Part shown: in pieces, positions 27,280-36,276 of the stretch
How the letters are laid out: each line of letters starts with the position of its first letter
Position numbering within the stretch: position 1 is the first letter of the stretch
From: a virus
Lineage: Duplodnaviria > Caudoviricetes
Strand: one strand, 5' to 3'
IMG/VR virus record: IMGVR_UViG_3300027744_000848
Span: 1 to 42,569 of that record
Length of the DNA: 42,569 nt
The notes under the pieces: model-generated
The model's database searches: none
What the model saw: the letters and a program-made list of their open reading frames with translations, nothing else
Told to the model about the DNA's origin: nothing
Translations under genes and position numbers: made by a program

Positions 27280-29368
27280 TTTTTAAGCTATCTACTTCTG
27301 CTTTGAGTTCTTTTACTGCTTCGATTAGAAGAGCAACGATCCTATCATACTTGACTGCTTTGTATCCGTCATCTCGTTCTGCCACAAGCTGTGGTAATAC
27401 TTTCTCGAGATCTTGTGCTATGATGCCCACATCATTCTTACGAACAAACATGCCATCTAACCCACCCTGGGATTCGATGTATGAATCTTTCCAATCAAAT
27501 GTGACACCATTAAGCAATGCTAATTTTTCTAATGGGTTAGAGATATTAACGACATTTTCTTTCAATCTCTCATCCGATGAGAAGTACGCAGTAATATTGC
27601 CACCTGCAGTTATCGCACCACCCGCACTAAAAATATTACATTTAAAATTAGCCAATGCTCCACCAGCACTCCATCCTCCTACAGCAAAATAATTATCCGT
27701 ATCAATGCCAAAGTATGAAGCATAGTTACCTGGTCTATGAAATGTCATGAAAGCAGCATCATTAGTGCTAGCAGACCTTACTTCAATACCTCCTAGCGAT
27801 GCACTTGAAGTTCTTAATGTTCCGACATTTTGTAGGGCCGTAAAATCTCCTTGTCCATTATGAGTAGATGCTCCGCTGACAGTGAGAGTACTTAATGTGG
27901 TTGCTCCAGTGACGGTAGTTGCTCCAGTCACTGCTAAAGCGCCACCTACTGTAGTTGCTCCAGTTACTGCTAAAGTGCTACCTACTGCAGTTGCTCCAGT
28001 TACAGTTGCAGCACCTGATATTAATGCATTTCCAACAACATGCAGTTTTTGTGATGGCGAGGCTGTTCCGATTCCGACATTACCAGCTGTCGATATACGC
28101 ATAAACTCAGTAGCAGTAGAAGCATTGACAAATCGTGTACCAGAAGACCCAGCCGAGAAACACAAAAAATCCGCTCCGTCTTTCCCAATTTCGTAACCAG
28201 AGCCTGTAAAAGAAAGTGCGCTATTAAAACTAAGCCCTCCGGCAATGCTAACTTTTTGAGTTGGTGAACTTGTGCCAATCCCGACATTGCCATTACTTTT
28301 AATATATAATGTCGTAGTATCAGCACCGGCTATTTTTTGTGTCAAGAAAACATTAGTGCCTTCTGCTCCAGATGTAGGTGATGCTATTTCTGAAATGAGT
28401 TGGGCATAATTCGTGATTGTACCGGTGCTGTTATTACCTTGCCAGAAGATTCCTGCGAGATTATCTCCTGCAGCTGGAGATGAACTGCTCCTACGAAACA
28501 CGATATCAGGACCGGTACTAGCACCAGAATCAGTAGATTCTACTATTATACCTGCTCCCGCAGATGATGTTGTTATATGTAAAGGTGCAGCAGGATTAGT
28601 ATTTCCAATCCCGATGCTACCATTGATCAGTTTTATGTTTGCATTAGAAGTCAATCCGTATCTGAAATAGTTATTCTGTCCTAGGAAATGTGTATTTCCC
28701 GGAAATTCTGTAGCACTACCAGATATATTTAATGTTCCTGTAGTGATAGTATTTGCATTAATATTTTTGATCCATAATGTATTATATGTCATATTAGCGT
28801 TAGTGAACCCTGCACCCGGAGTCACAGGAGGAGTATCAACTCTAAAAATCTGCAGTCCATCTCGAGTGAGATATGTATTTGCTTGCGAATCACCCACCAA
28901 TGCCGAATTTATTGCGTATATCTGATTCGTATTTGCTCTCGATGTAGAAAGATAAGTATTACCCAATCTTAAACTATTTTTCAATATGATGTTATCTGTA
29001 GTAACATTTGCGCTTCTTATGCTCGAATTGCCAATCGCTGCTACTGCATCCGTATAATAAACTGATCCGCTTAGATATACGCCAGAATCTGTTATGACTG
29101 TATTGACAGTGGCTGAAGATCTGATCACAAACGATGTTGCATTCATGAATGCATTAGAAGTACTAGTACCTATTCTAAAAGATCCTGTGTTAGATATCAG
29201 GGAACCGCCAGAGACAAATGTTCCTGAGATAGCCGCATTACCGACAGCAGTATTAGAATTTGTAGTAACAGCCGTGTTTGAAATCACCGTTATCAATTGG
29301 TTAGTTTTTGCCAACCACTGACCAAAAGAATCTGTAGATTGTACTACGTTAGCAATTAGTGCTGTCAT
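27269..29368 (-). CDS. Tail fibre protein with C-terminal intramolecular chaperone (peptidase S74)
   Basis: Three G(N/S)(V/I)GIG...P repeats; SDERLKEN..L.GVTFDW..GIIAQ..V.Y..LLIEAVKEL autocleaving chaperone signature. Confidence 0.88.
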   Translation of the reverse strand: MTALIANVVQSTDSFGQWLAKTNQLITVISNTAVTTNSNTAVGNAAISGTFVSGGSLISNTGSFRIGTSTSNAFMNATSFVIRSSATVNTVITDSGVYLSGSVYYTDAVAAIGNSSIRSANVTTDNIILKNSLRLGNTYLSTSRANTNQIYAINSALVGDSQANTYLTRDGLQIFRVDTPPVTPGAGFTNANMTYNTLWIKNINANTITTGTLNISGSATEFPGNTHFLGQNNYFRYGLTSNANIKLINGSIGIGNTNPAAPLHITTSSAGAGIIVESTDSGASTGPDIVFRRSSSSPAAGDNLAGIFWQGNNSTGTITNYAQLISEIASPTSGAEGTNVFLTQKIAGADTTTLYIKSNGNVGIGTSSPTQKVSIAGGLSFNSALSFTGSGYEIGKDGADFLCFSAGSSGTRFVNASTATEFMRISTAGNVGIGTASPSQKLHVVGNALISGAATVTGATAVGSTLAVTGATTVGGALAVTGATTVTGATTLSTLTVSGASTHNGQGDFTALQNVGTLRTSSASLGGIEVRSASTNDAAFMTFHRPGNYASYFGIDTDNYFAVGGWSAGGALANFKCNIFSAGGAITAGGNITAYFSSDERLKENVVNISNPLEKLALLNGVTFDWKDSYIESQGGLDGMFVRKNDVGIIAQDLEKVLPQLVAERDDGYKAVKYDRIVALLIEAVKELKAEVDSLKNGN
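27899..28012. repeat. Imperfect coding repeats (VTGATTV / LAVTGAT)
   Basis: gtagttgctccagt-type units of 18/36 bp within the tail fibre. Confidence 0.6.
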
Positions 29369-29598
29369 CTGGTTTCCAATACCTTTATTAATAATTCTTT
29401 AATGCTAGTTAGATCGTTTTTTATCGAACTAACTTCTTCCTTTAATGTATTTATTTCACTTAATTTCTGTTCTGTCTCAAAATGTCGTTTTCTTTGTGCT
29501 TTATAAGCTTCTAATCCAGTAAAATCTTTGTTTAACAAAGCACCAGGATTGTTTCTTTGTGGTTCAAACGTGTCTGATATGCCGGCTGGTTTTTTCAT
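29365..29598 (-). CDS. Small coiled-coil hypothetical protein
   Basis: GALLN..Y....EINTLKEEV..IKELL pattern; ATGA overlap with tail fibre. Confidence 0.7.
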   Translation of the reverse strand: MKKPAGISDTFEPQRNNPGALLNKDFTGLEAYKAQRKRHFETEQKLSEINTLKEEVSSIKNDLTSIKELLIKVLETR

Positions 29599-29601
29599 CT
29601 G

Positions 29602-31296
29602 TTATATCTGTAATGCAATTGCTCTGACATCCTTCATTGTAGGATACTTGACCATATCATCTGACAGTAACAATATCTTGATAGAAAACGTATCAAATCC
29701 TCTGATTATAGTTCCTACCTCATCATAATAAGTCAGCGTACCCGGAGGAACATCTAGTGCAATGTTACCTACTGAATCTGCATATGCTGATAGAGTGGTA
29801 TTTCCAGAAGGTTGTGATGCGCTGACAGGAACACCATAAACATATTCTTTATAATCTTCTAGATTTTTAGGTGATCCAAACAACAAACCTGTATCATTCT
29901 TAGGTGATAGTTCTGTCCATACTTTTGTATCAAATGATCCTGGATCAGCAACAGAATTTAAAAATTTACCGTATACTTTGATATTTGTTCCCACAGGCCT
30001 ATATCCTGTAACATAAACAAGCAGATCTTCTGATATAGCATCAAGCAAAACAGTCTTGGAGATATATTTGCTTCTGCCATTACCATATCTGGTCCATTCA
30101 TTGGTCTCATCATTATTGATTATGTTCTGCGTATAATTGATGTTTTTAGTTTGCAGATCAACAACAGGTGAAAGATACGGTGTGAATGAATTTAACTCAA
30201 GTTCAAAAGTTGCTGTGCCTTTTGTTCCGTAAGTACCATTCTTAACTTCATTAGAATAACTTCTGACAACTCTTTCAAAGTCTCTAAATTCGTAAAGTGA
30301 TTCGTTTTTAGGGGCTACCTTTGTTGTGTCTTTGGCATTTGATAATGTGCTATTGCTTGTTCCATAATATCCGGAAGAAATATAAGTTCCTGAAGGCTCA
30401 GACATTGTAAATTTAGGAATCAGCCCATGATATATCAGATCATCTATCGTTGATATTGTGGCATTAGCAACTCTGTATGTTTCTGTGATATATGATGTAT
30501 TTGCTGGATCAGGAGTTCTATAAATTCTGATATTGCTATAATCTGGCGCTGTTACACTAAACAGACCATTCGTATTTTCTAAAAATAATATTCCACGAAT
30601 CTCATCCACTGATTTGACAGTTGCCTTGGGATATAATGTATTATCAGATGTCAATATGGATGATAAACTTGTAGCATTAGCAGCATATACAACATCACCT
30701 GTCTGTATCTGACCTCCGGTTGCTTTCTTAATTATACCAGCTGTCAGATTTAAACTAAGATATTCTTCTTTTGCGTTTCTAAATACAGCCGTGCCTGTAG
30801 TATGGGCAAAATTAGCTCTATAAAGATTAAACTTGATATCCTGTGTCTGTACAGGAGTCCATGTATTACCATTAGAAGATATGAACATAACTCCAGGATA
30901 CGGCTGTTGCGTGATAGCTCGTCCAGTGATCTTATCTACACCACCTATCTCAGAAACCCATATATTATAATCAGGGCTATTGGATTCAGGATATACATAA
31001 AATGCATAAGTTTGACCTGATGCAGCCATAATGGGTGTGTTGAATGTAAATATAGTTTCAGAAGAAGAATCTTCGCTTACGGTAACGCTACTAGCCGTTT
31101 TATACGAAACTCCCATTATTTTTGCAGGGTTAGGAATCCCATTAATAGTTTCACAAACTACACAAGACACACCGGCCGTAGCACTTTTATTTTTAAAAAA
31201 AACTCCTATTTGAGTTAAGAAAATGCCCGGCAATGCAATTGAAGCAGTTCCTTCAATCGTAAATGTTTGAGCTAATGGATTTCCGTTTAATAACAT
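29602..31296 (-). CDS. DUF4815/VrlC-like structural protein, C-terminal part
   Basis: PLAQTF start, G..F.SSN..TW...Q.DIKF.LYRA.F, SPVVD, F.IKI...P...D.RAIAL end; AAGGT RBS. Confidence 0.75.
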   Translation of the reverse strand: MLLNGNPLAQTFTIEGTASIALPGIFLTQIGVFFKNKSATAGVSCVVCETINGIPNPAKIMGVSYKTASSVTVSEDSSSETIFTFNTPIMAASGQTYAFYVYPESNSPDYNIWVSEIGGVDKITGRAITQQPYPGVMFISSNGNTWTPVQTQDIKFNLYRANFAHTTGTAVFRNAKEEYLSLNLTAGIIKKATGGQIQTGDVVYAANATSLSSILTSDNTLYPKATVKSVDEIRGILFLENTNGLFSVTAPDYSNIRIYRTPDPANTSYITETYRVANATISTIDDLIYHGLIPKFTMSEPSGTYISSGYYGTSNSTLSNAKDTTKVAPKNESLYEFRDFERVVRSYSNEVKNGTYGTKGTATFELELNSFTPYLSPVVDLQTKNINYTQNIINNDETNEWTRYGNGRSKYISKTVLLDAISEDLLVYVTGYRPVGTNIKVYGKFLNSVADPGSFDTKVWTELSPKNDTGLLFGSPKNLEDYKEYVYGVPVSASQPSGNTTLSAYADSVGNIALDVPPGTLTYYDEVGTIIRGFDTFSIKILLLSDDMVKYPTMKDVRAIALQI

Positions 31297-31313
31297 TTTG
31301 TATTTTTACCTTT

Positions 31314-33191
31314 TTAAAAATAACAGCTAGTACCAGTTTGACCAGTATATCCCTGTCCGTTACCATCCCAGCTTGTTCCAGGCCCCATCTCGGCATTATT
31401 ATAACTAGTACTATTATCGCCGGCTTTATTATGCACAACATAACCTTCGACATTATACATATGATCGCCATCCAACAACAGATTGTAAATTACGTAATCT
31501 TCTGGCATGATTTTGTGATCGATATATTCTACTGTCTCATATGTTCCATCTGATTTAAGAATCTTAGATCCGATAACAATCTTGACTAATCTACCAATAA
31601 ACTCTTCTTCAACAGCCCAGCTGTCAGGATCAAACGCTCCCCAACCTTCTGAAGTCATGATAGGATGTTCTTCTGAAACGAACGCCCAGTTACCATTGAA
31701 AGAATACATCAATCTGTTTCCAAGAACAGGAGCTTCGATTCCTATGACTGTATTGATTCCGTCAGTTCCATCAGCAACAAGATCACCGATCTCAATCTCA
31801 CAGATCTTCTTAAAACTACCATCTGCCATTGTAACTAGAGCATCTGGATCAAAACAACAACCGCCTCCATTATTATTATTACCACCATTATTATTATTAA
31901 TATTAGTTATGTTCTTAATATTATTAGTTATATAATTATTAATATCAGGAAGTTGATCTTCTGTGGTCCATGCCAATGGTGCTAGTTCATTAGAAACAGT
32001 GCTTGGTGTAAATGTTGGTTGTATGATTGAAAATCCTACTTGTTGAGTAGTCACAGAAAGTGCAGATGATTTATATACTCCTTCTGCACTACTAGTAATT
32101 GCAGAAGCAGCAGTAGCATCATCAGTATCATTAATAATAAATGTTCTTTCGCCTGCTCTAAATGTATTTGCAGGAAGGAAGAAAAGAACATACACTTCTC
32201 CTAGACTATTTGTCGTTAATTGCGATCCAAGAGCTCCAGTCTGATTTAATATTATAGCAGGATTGGGCAACGTATTAATAGAAGCTAATGTTGCAGGATT
32301 TAGGCTTCCATTAGATAGAGCATATGCGCTTGCTGGTGTTGCAGGAGCACAATAAGAAGAAACCGTCTTGGAATCAAAATAAGCATACACCTTTGTGTTG
32401 GGTCTCAGGCCTTTTCCTATGATAGCTATAGTTTTTGTTGACATATATTCTAGTTGAGACACGTTGGTGACATATTGACCTACATCTTGTGTTATCGTCT
32501 GTGTCTGAACAGCAATATCACTGATTGTCTGTGTTACTGTAGAATTCCAATAGTTAGTTAATCCAACTTCTTTTACTATTGCAGGAGACCCTTGCAGTGT
32601 ATCTATATCTTGAAATGAACCCGCAGATGCTGCAGCAATAAACCCGCCAGCCACATCCACAGAAATAGTCTGCGGGGCTGCATTAATACCCACATTAGTC
32701 CCATCATAGCTAGGAAATAAAGCTAAAGAACCTCTGAAACTATAAAATGTCTCTGCTGAATTTCTGTATATAGAAGCATAAGGATTTCCGCCAATATTCA
32801 CGTTGGTATAGCTGATTGTTAATACCTTGCCTGAAGATTGTACGTTGCTGCTAGAATCTGTGTCCAAAGCAAATCCTGGAAAAACTTGATTGACATTGGG
32901 TCTGGCAATAGATTTGCTAGAACTGACTGCCATATTAAATTCAGCATCTTCTACTCTAGATATAGAGCTATCGTTAAAAGGATCAGCAAATATTCCGTTC
33001 TTAAATCTCTCTAATTGTGTTCCAGTATTGATCACAGAAGTCGTCTGAGTATCAAGCGCCAAGGCATTAAGAACAGTATAATATTCTATGTTTTTAATAC
33101 GTGCTTCCAATGCACTAATCTCTTTCATAGTATACCCTTTGGCTTTTTGAATGCCAACTTGTACTGCTAAATCTTTTCTACCGTATGTCAT
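31314..33191 (-). CDS. DUF4815/VrlC-like structural protein, middle part, with C-terminal Hint domain
   Basis: YTMKEI..LE.RI.NIEYY, RFKNGIFADPF, GLRPNT.VY.YFD, FRAGER.F motifs, followed by Hint domain. Confidence 0.8.
   Translation of the reverse strand: MTYGRKDLAVQVGIQKAKGYTMKEISALEARIKNIEYYTVLNALALDTQTTSVINTGTQLERFKNGIFADPFNDSSISRVEDAEFNMAVSSSKSIARPNVNQVFPGFALDTDSSSNVQSSGKVLTISYTNVNIGGNPYASIYRNSAETFYSFRGSLALFPSYDGTNVGINAAPQTISVDVAGGFIAAASAGSFQDIDTLQGSPAIVKEVGLTNYWNSTVTQTISDIAVQTQTITQDVGQYVTNVSQLEYMSTKTIAIIGKGLRPNTKVYAYFDSKTVSSYCAPATPASAYALSNGSLNPATLASINTLPNPAIILNQTGALGSQLTTNSLGEVYVLFFLPANTFRAGERTFIINDTDDATAASAITSSAEGVYKSSALSVTTQQVGFSIIQPTFTPSTVSNELAPLAWTTEDQLPDINNYITNNIKNITNINNNNGGNNNNGGGCCFDPDALVTMADGSFKKICEIEIGDLVADGTDGINTVIGIEAPVLGNRLMYSFNGNWAFVSEEHPIMTSEGWGAFDPDSWAVEEEFIGRLVKIVIGSKILKSDGTYETVEYIDHKIMPEDYVIYNLLLDGDHMYNVEGYVVHNKAGDNSTSYNNAEMGPGTSWDGNGQGYTGQTGTSCYF
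31428..31856 (-). other. Hint (intein-like) domain, 143 aa, no homing endonuclease
   Basis: Block A CFDPDALVTMADG..K.I.EI..GD.V; block B SEEHP; blocks F/G IYNLLLDGDHMYNVEGYVVHN; +1 residue is Lys. Confidence 0.85.
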
Positions 33192-33192
33192 A

Positions 33193-36100
33193 TTACTCTG
33201 CTTCTTGGAATGTTAGAGATGGATAAGGAGGAACATATATATCAGCAATTTTCATTCCTGAGTTATTTAACGTAGGAGGTCTAGGATTGAACGCAGCTGC
33301 ACCTGTTTTTACTATTAAGGCCCCTTCTTTATTTATCATTAGCGCATCCATCCTAGGAAGGTAGTACTGTGCGTTAAAAGAGAAATTAGAATCGGGTTCG
33401 ATAGCAAGTTTAGCACCCACAGTGGAATAATATACCGATTGGTTATTGGCAGGATTAATAGTAAGTCCCGGTATAGCACTTGATGTGAATACGTTTGCTG
33501 TATTAGCAAGAACAGGTCTGAGATCGATATAATTCCTCAGATCGTATATATCACCAGTGACAGATGTGTATAACGGAATTTCTGCGGTTGCGATTGCTTG
33601 AGTATTTGCTGTGTTAGCATCATCTATAGGATATGAATCCACAGAAAAGAATGTTGCCTGAGAAGATGTTATATTGGGTGTCAGATGATTCAGTGTTACT
33701 AACAATCTGCTAGTAGAAGATATCAGTGTCTTGTATGTAGGTTTTAATTTAAGCTGAGCAATTCCATAAAAGTTATCTTGTTGACCGTTATCCAATTCAA
33801 ACCAATCAACTCTATTTGGGTTTGTGTTAGCAAAGCTAGTTCCTACATATACTGCTGTGATCTTTAACGCATCAGGCAGTCCCAATGACCACGGACCGAC
33901 TGTATTGGCATAATGAGAAGCACAATTGATGCCGATGTGTGTATTTTTATTTACAACTTTTAATATCGGTACAGCATTGTTTCTAGCAGAAGGTATCTGT
34001 GCATATACGTTATAATTCGTGCTTGACTCAGGAAACAAATTCATTGCCATGTTTGCGGTCAATGTTCTCACGGGAGTTCCGCTAAAATTTAAAGTATTTG
34101 ATGAGCCGGTAAAGTTTGCATACGAACCGGCTTTATGATACTTGTATATTGCTGCAGTGGCCGCGCTCACAGGAGCGATTGGAGTAACAAACATCACATT
34201 AGCAGCTGTTACAGAAACAACGCTATGATATGTTGTGCCGCCGCCAGATGCTATGATCTGAATTGTTTCTCCTGCTTTGGGATTCTGGTCATTAGTAACA
34301 CCAAAATTTGTTATCCAGGGTGCTGCAGTTCCGATACCAATTGCGGTTGCTACTCTGGATACACCGCCAGCATAGACAACAGAATTGAAAGTGCCAGTTG
34401 CGGCTACTTCTGTTGTTATTGTGGGTCTTGTTAATGTTGCTGTTGCATACAGATTAGAAAATGTATCCTGTGCAAACATCACATGGATATCTTCATCAAT
34501 GGTATCACCCACAGTTCCGACACCATAATTATATTGATCTGAAGCCAATGTTATTGTTGCAGAAGCAACAGAACTGCTTGCTCTTGATAATGCTGTTAAT
34601 GCAGACGTTGATCTGTATATGTAAGAAGTATCATTATTAGCAATATTGCTTGTATTGCTAGTAAGAGTCTTTAATCCTTTAAATCCAGTATCCAATAAAA
34701 GCAATTTACTTGCAGACTCATATACAACGGATTTGTTATTTGCTTGGTATATATCAGCCCAAATCTTACCAAAAGTTCCATTCACATAAAAACTTTTAGC
34801 GCTAGTTGCAAACGAATATCCTGCTCTCATTCTGATATTGCTCAGATAAAGCAGATATTCAGCAGTTCCTGTACCTTTTGTTCCAGTATTAAATGTGACT
34901 GCTTTGACATTTGCATTGCCTACTAGCGTACCCAACGGAGCTGTTGTGCTAGGATTCTGTGAGATCGCAAACTGATTGGCGCTATAGATTCCTATATCTT
35001 GATTGCCGCCGATATCAAATGTTCCCACAACATCTCTGATCTTAACATAATTTCCAAAATTAGCAGTTGCTCTTAAATTTTTAAGAGACTCAGAATATAT
35101 TGCTCTATTTACTTCTATTCTTTTTGTAGACAGATACTCTACTCTATATCCATCGATATAAGCGATACCAGGAGATGTAGTATAATAGAATGTCTGAGAA
35201 TTGGCAGATGCTTCAACGTTGACCTGAAAAGGTTTTACAATATAATCACCAGATTCTTCTTTTGTTCTTGTGGCAATCAGATCTCCAAGACGATTGAGTT
35301 CTAAGTTAGATTTAACAACCACAGGACGACCATCTGCACTATCATAATCTATAATAGGAAGAAAATCTTTTGGTATAGTTATAGTAGGATCAAGAGAATC
35401 ATATGCTATAGGAGAAGGTACTAATTTTAATCTGTATGCACCCGGAGCGTTCTGATTGGAGCTTCCGATTGAATTGTCGTATAGAGTATTATCTTCTGCG
35501 GGCTTTACAATATATTCTGCTGTATTAAATCCCACCTTCATACCGATAGTATTGGAGCTATGTTCTCGCACCATAAAATTATCAGCAAGTGTCTTTAGAA
35601 AGAATCCTTTTTGGTATATTATTCCCTGGCCCACATGGATACCATATCCCACACCCAAAGCGTTTACTGTGCTATTAGAAGAGAGCGTATAAATCACTCC
35701 AGATTTGTTAGAAGCAACTAACGGACCTTGTTTATCTTGAAATGGTGTATATACATCGATCTGTTCTTGTGTAGTATTAAATGTTTTTACTTCTTGTCCA
35801 GAATTATTTCCAGAATTTAGATATAATACATAAGCTCTATTTGTGTCTGAAGATCCCTGATTGACAACAGATTCTGCTCCTACAAATGCTTGAAAAACAG
35901 CTGCTCTCAAACCAGTTGTATTGGAAACAAGGAGATAAGAATTGGTCAGATGCGATTGTGAGTTTGCTACATCAGTAGCAGTTTTTACAATTAAAGTAAA
36001 ATCGATAGTAGACGTATTGCCATCAGTAAATTTAGTCTGAGGCAGATCTGGATATTCAGTAAAGTTACAACCTTCGATGATACTGCCATCTTTATAGATG

Positions 36101-36270
36101 CTGTCTCCAAATCGTGAGACTTGTTTCTGCATCATTGTCTGTAGCTGAGTTAGCTCCCTTGCTTGCACAGCAGTTGCTGGACGAAACAGCATCCTATAAT
36201 ACTGTTTATCCTCGTCATAATCATCATAAAAAGGAGCGACATTAAAATTAGTTTGTAACTCAGCCATCAT
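33193..36270 (-). CDS. DUF4815/VrlC-like structural protein, N-terminal part
   Basis: N.APFYDDY....YYR.LFRP..AVQARELTQLQ, APGA.RLK, RT.EESGDY.V.PF, DLRNYIDLRP, YYLPR.D. Confidence 0.8.
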   Translation of the reverse strand: MMAELQTNFNVAPFYDDYDEDKQYYRMLFRPATAVQARELTQLQTMMQKQVSRFGDSIYKDGSIIEGCNFTEYPDLPQTKFTDGNTSTIDFTLIVKTATDVANSQSHLTNSYLLVSNTTGLRAAVFQAFVGAESVVNQGSSDTNRAYVLYLNSGNNSGQEVKTFNTTQEQIDVYTPFQDKQGPLVASNKSGVIYTLSSNSTVNALGVGYGIHVGQGIIYQKGFFLKTLADNFMVREHSSNTIGMKVGFNTAEYIVKPAEDNTLYDNSIGSSNQNAPGAYRLKLVPSPIAYDSLDPTITIPKDFLPIIDYDSADGRPVVVKSNLELNRLGDLIATRTKEESGDYIVKPFQVNVEASANSQTFYYTTSPGIAYIDGYRVEYLSTKRIEVNRAIYSESLKNLRATANFGNYVKIRDVVGTFDIGGNQDIGIYSANQFAISQNPSTTAPLGTLVGNANVKAVTFNTGTKGTGTAEYLLYLSNIRMRAGYSFATSAKSFYVNGTFGKIWADIYQANNKSVVYESASKLLLLDTGFKGLKTLTSNTSNIANNDTSYIYRSTSALTALSRASSSVASATITLASDQYNYGVGTVGDTIDEDIHVMFAQDTFSNLYATATLTRPTITTEVAATGTFNSVVYAGGVSRVATAIGIGTAAPWITNFGVTNDQNPKAGETIQIIASGGGTTYHSVVSVTAANVMFVTPIAPVSAATAAIYKYHKAGSYANFTGSSNTLNFSGTPVRTLTANMAMNLFPESSTNYNVYAQIPSARNNAVPILKVVNKNTHIGINCASHYANTVGPWSLGLPDALKITAVYVGTSFANTNPNRVDWFELDNGQQDNFYGIAQLKLKPTYKTLISSTSRLLVTLNHLTPNITSSQATFFSVDSYPIDDANTANTQAIATAEIPLYTSVTGDIYDLRNYIDLRPVLANTANVFTSSAIPGLTINPANNQSVYYSTVGAKLAIEPDSNFSFNAQYYLPRMDALMINKEGALIVKTGAAAFNPRPPTLNNSGMKIADIYVPPYPSLTFQEAE

Positions 36271-36276
36271 ACTTCC

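Noticed and set aside
31428-31856. Mobile full-length intein
   Set aside because: Only 143 aa with no endonuclease motifs and Lys at +1; reported as a Hint domain instead
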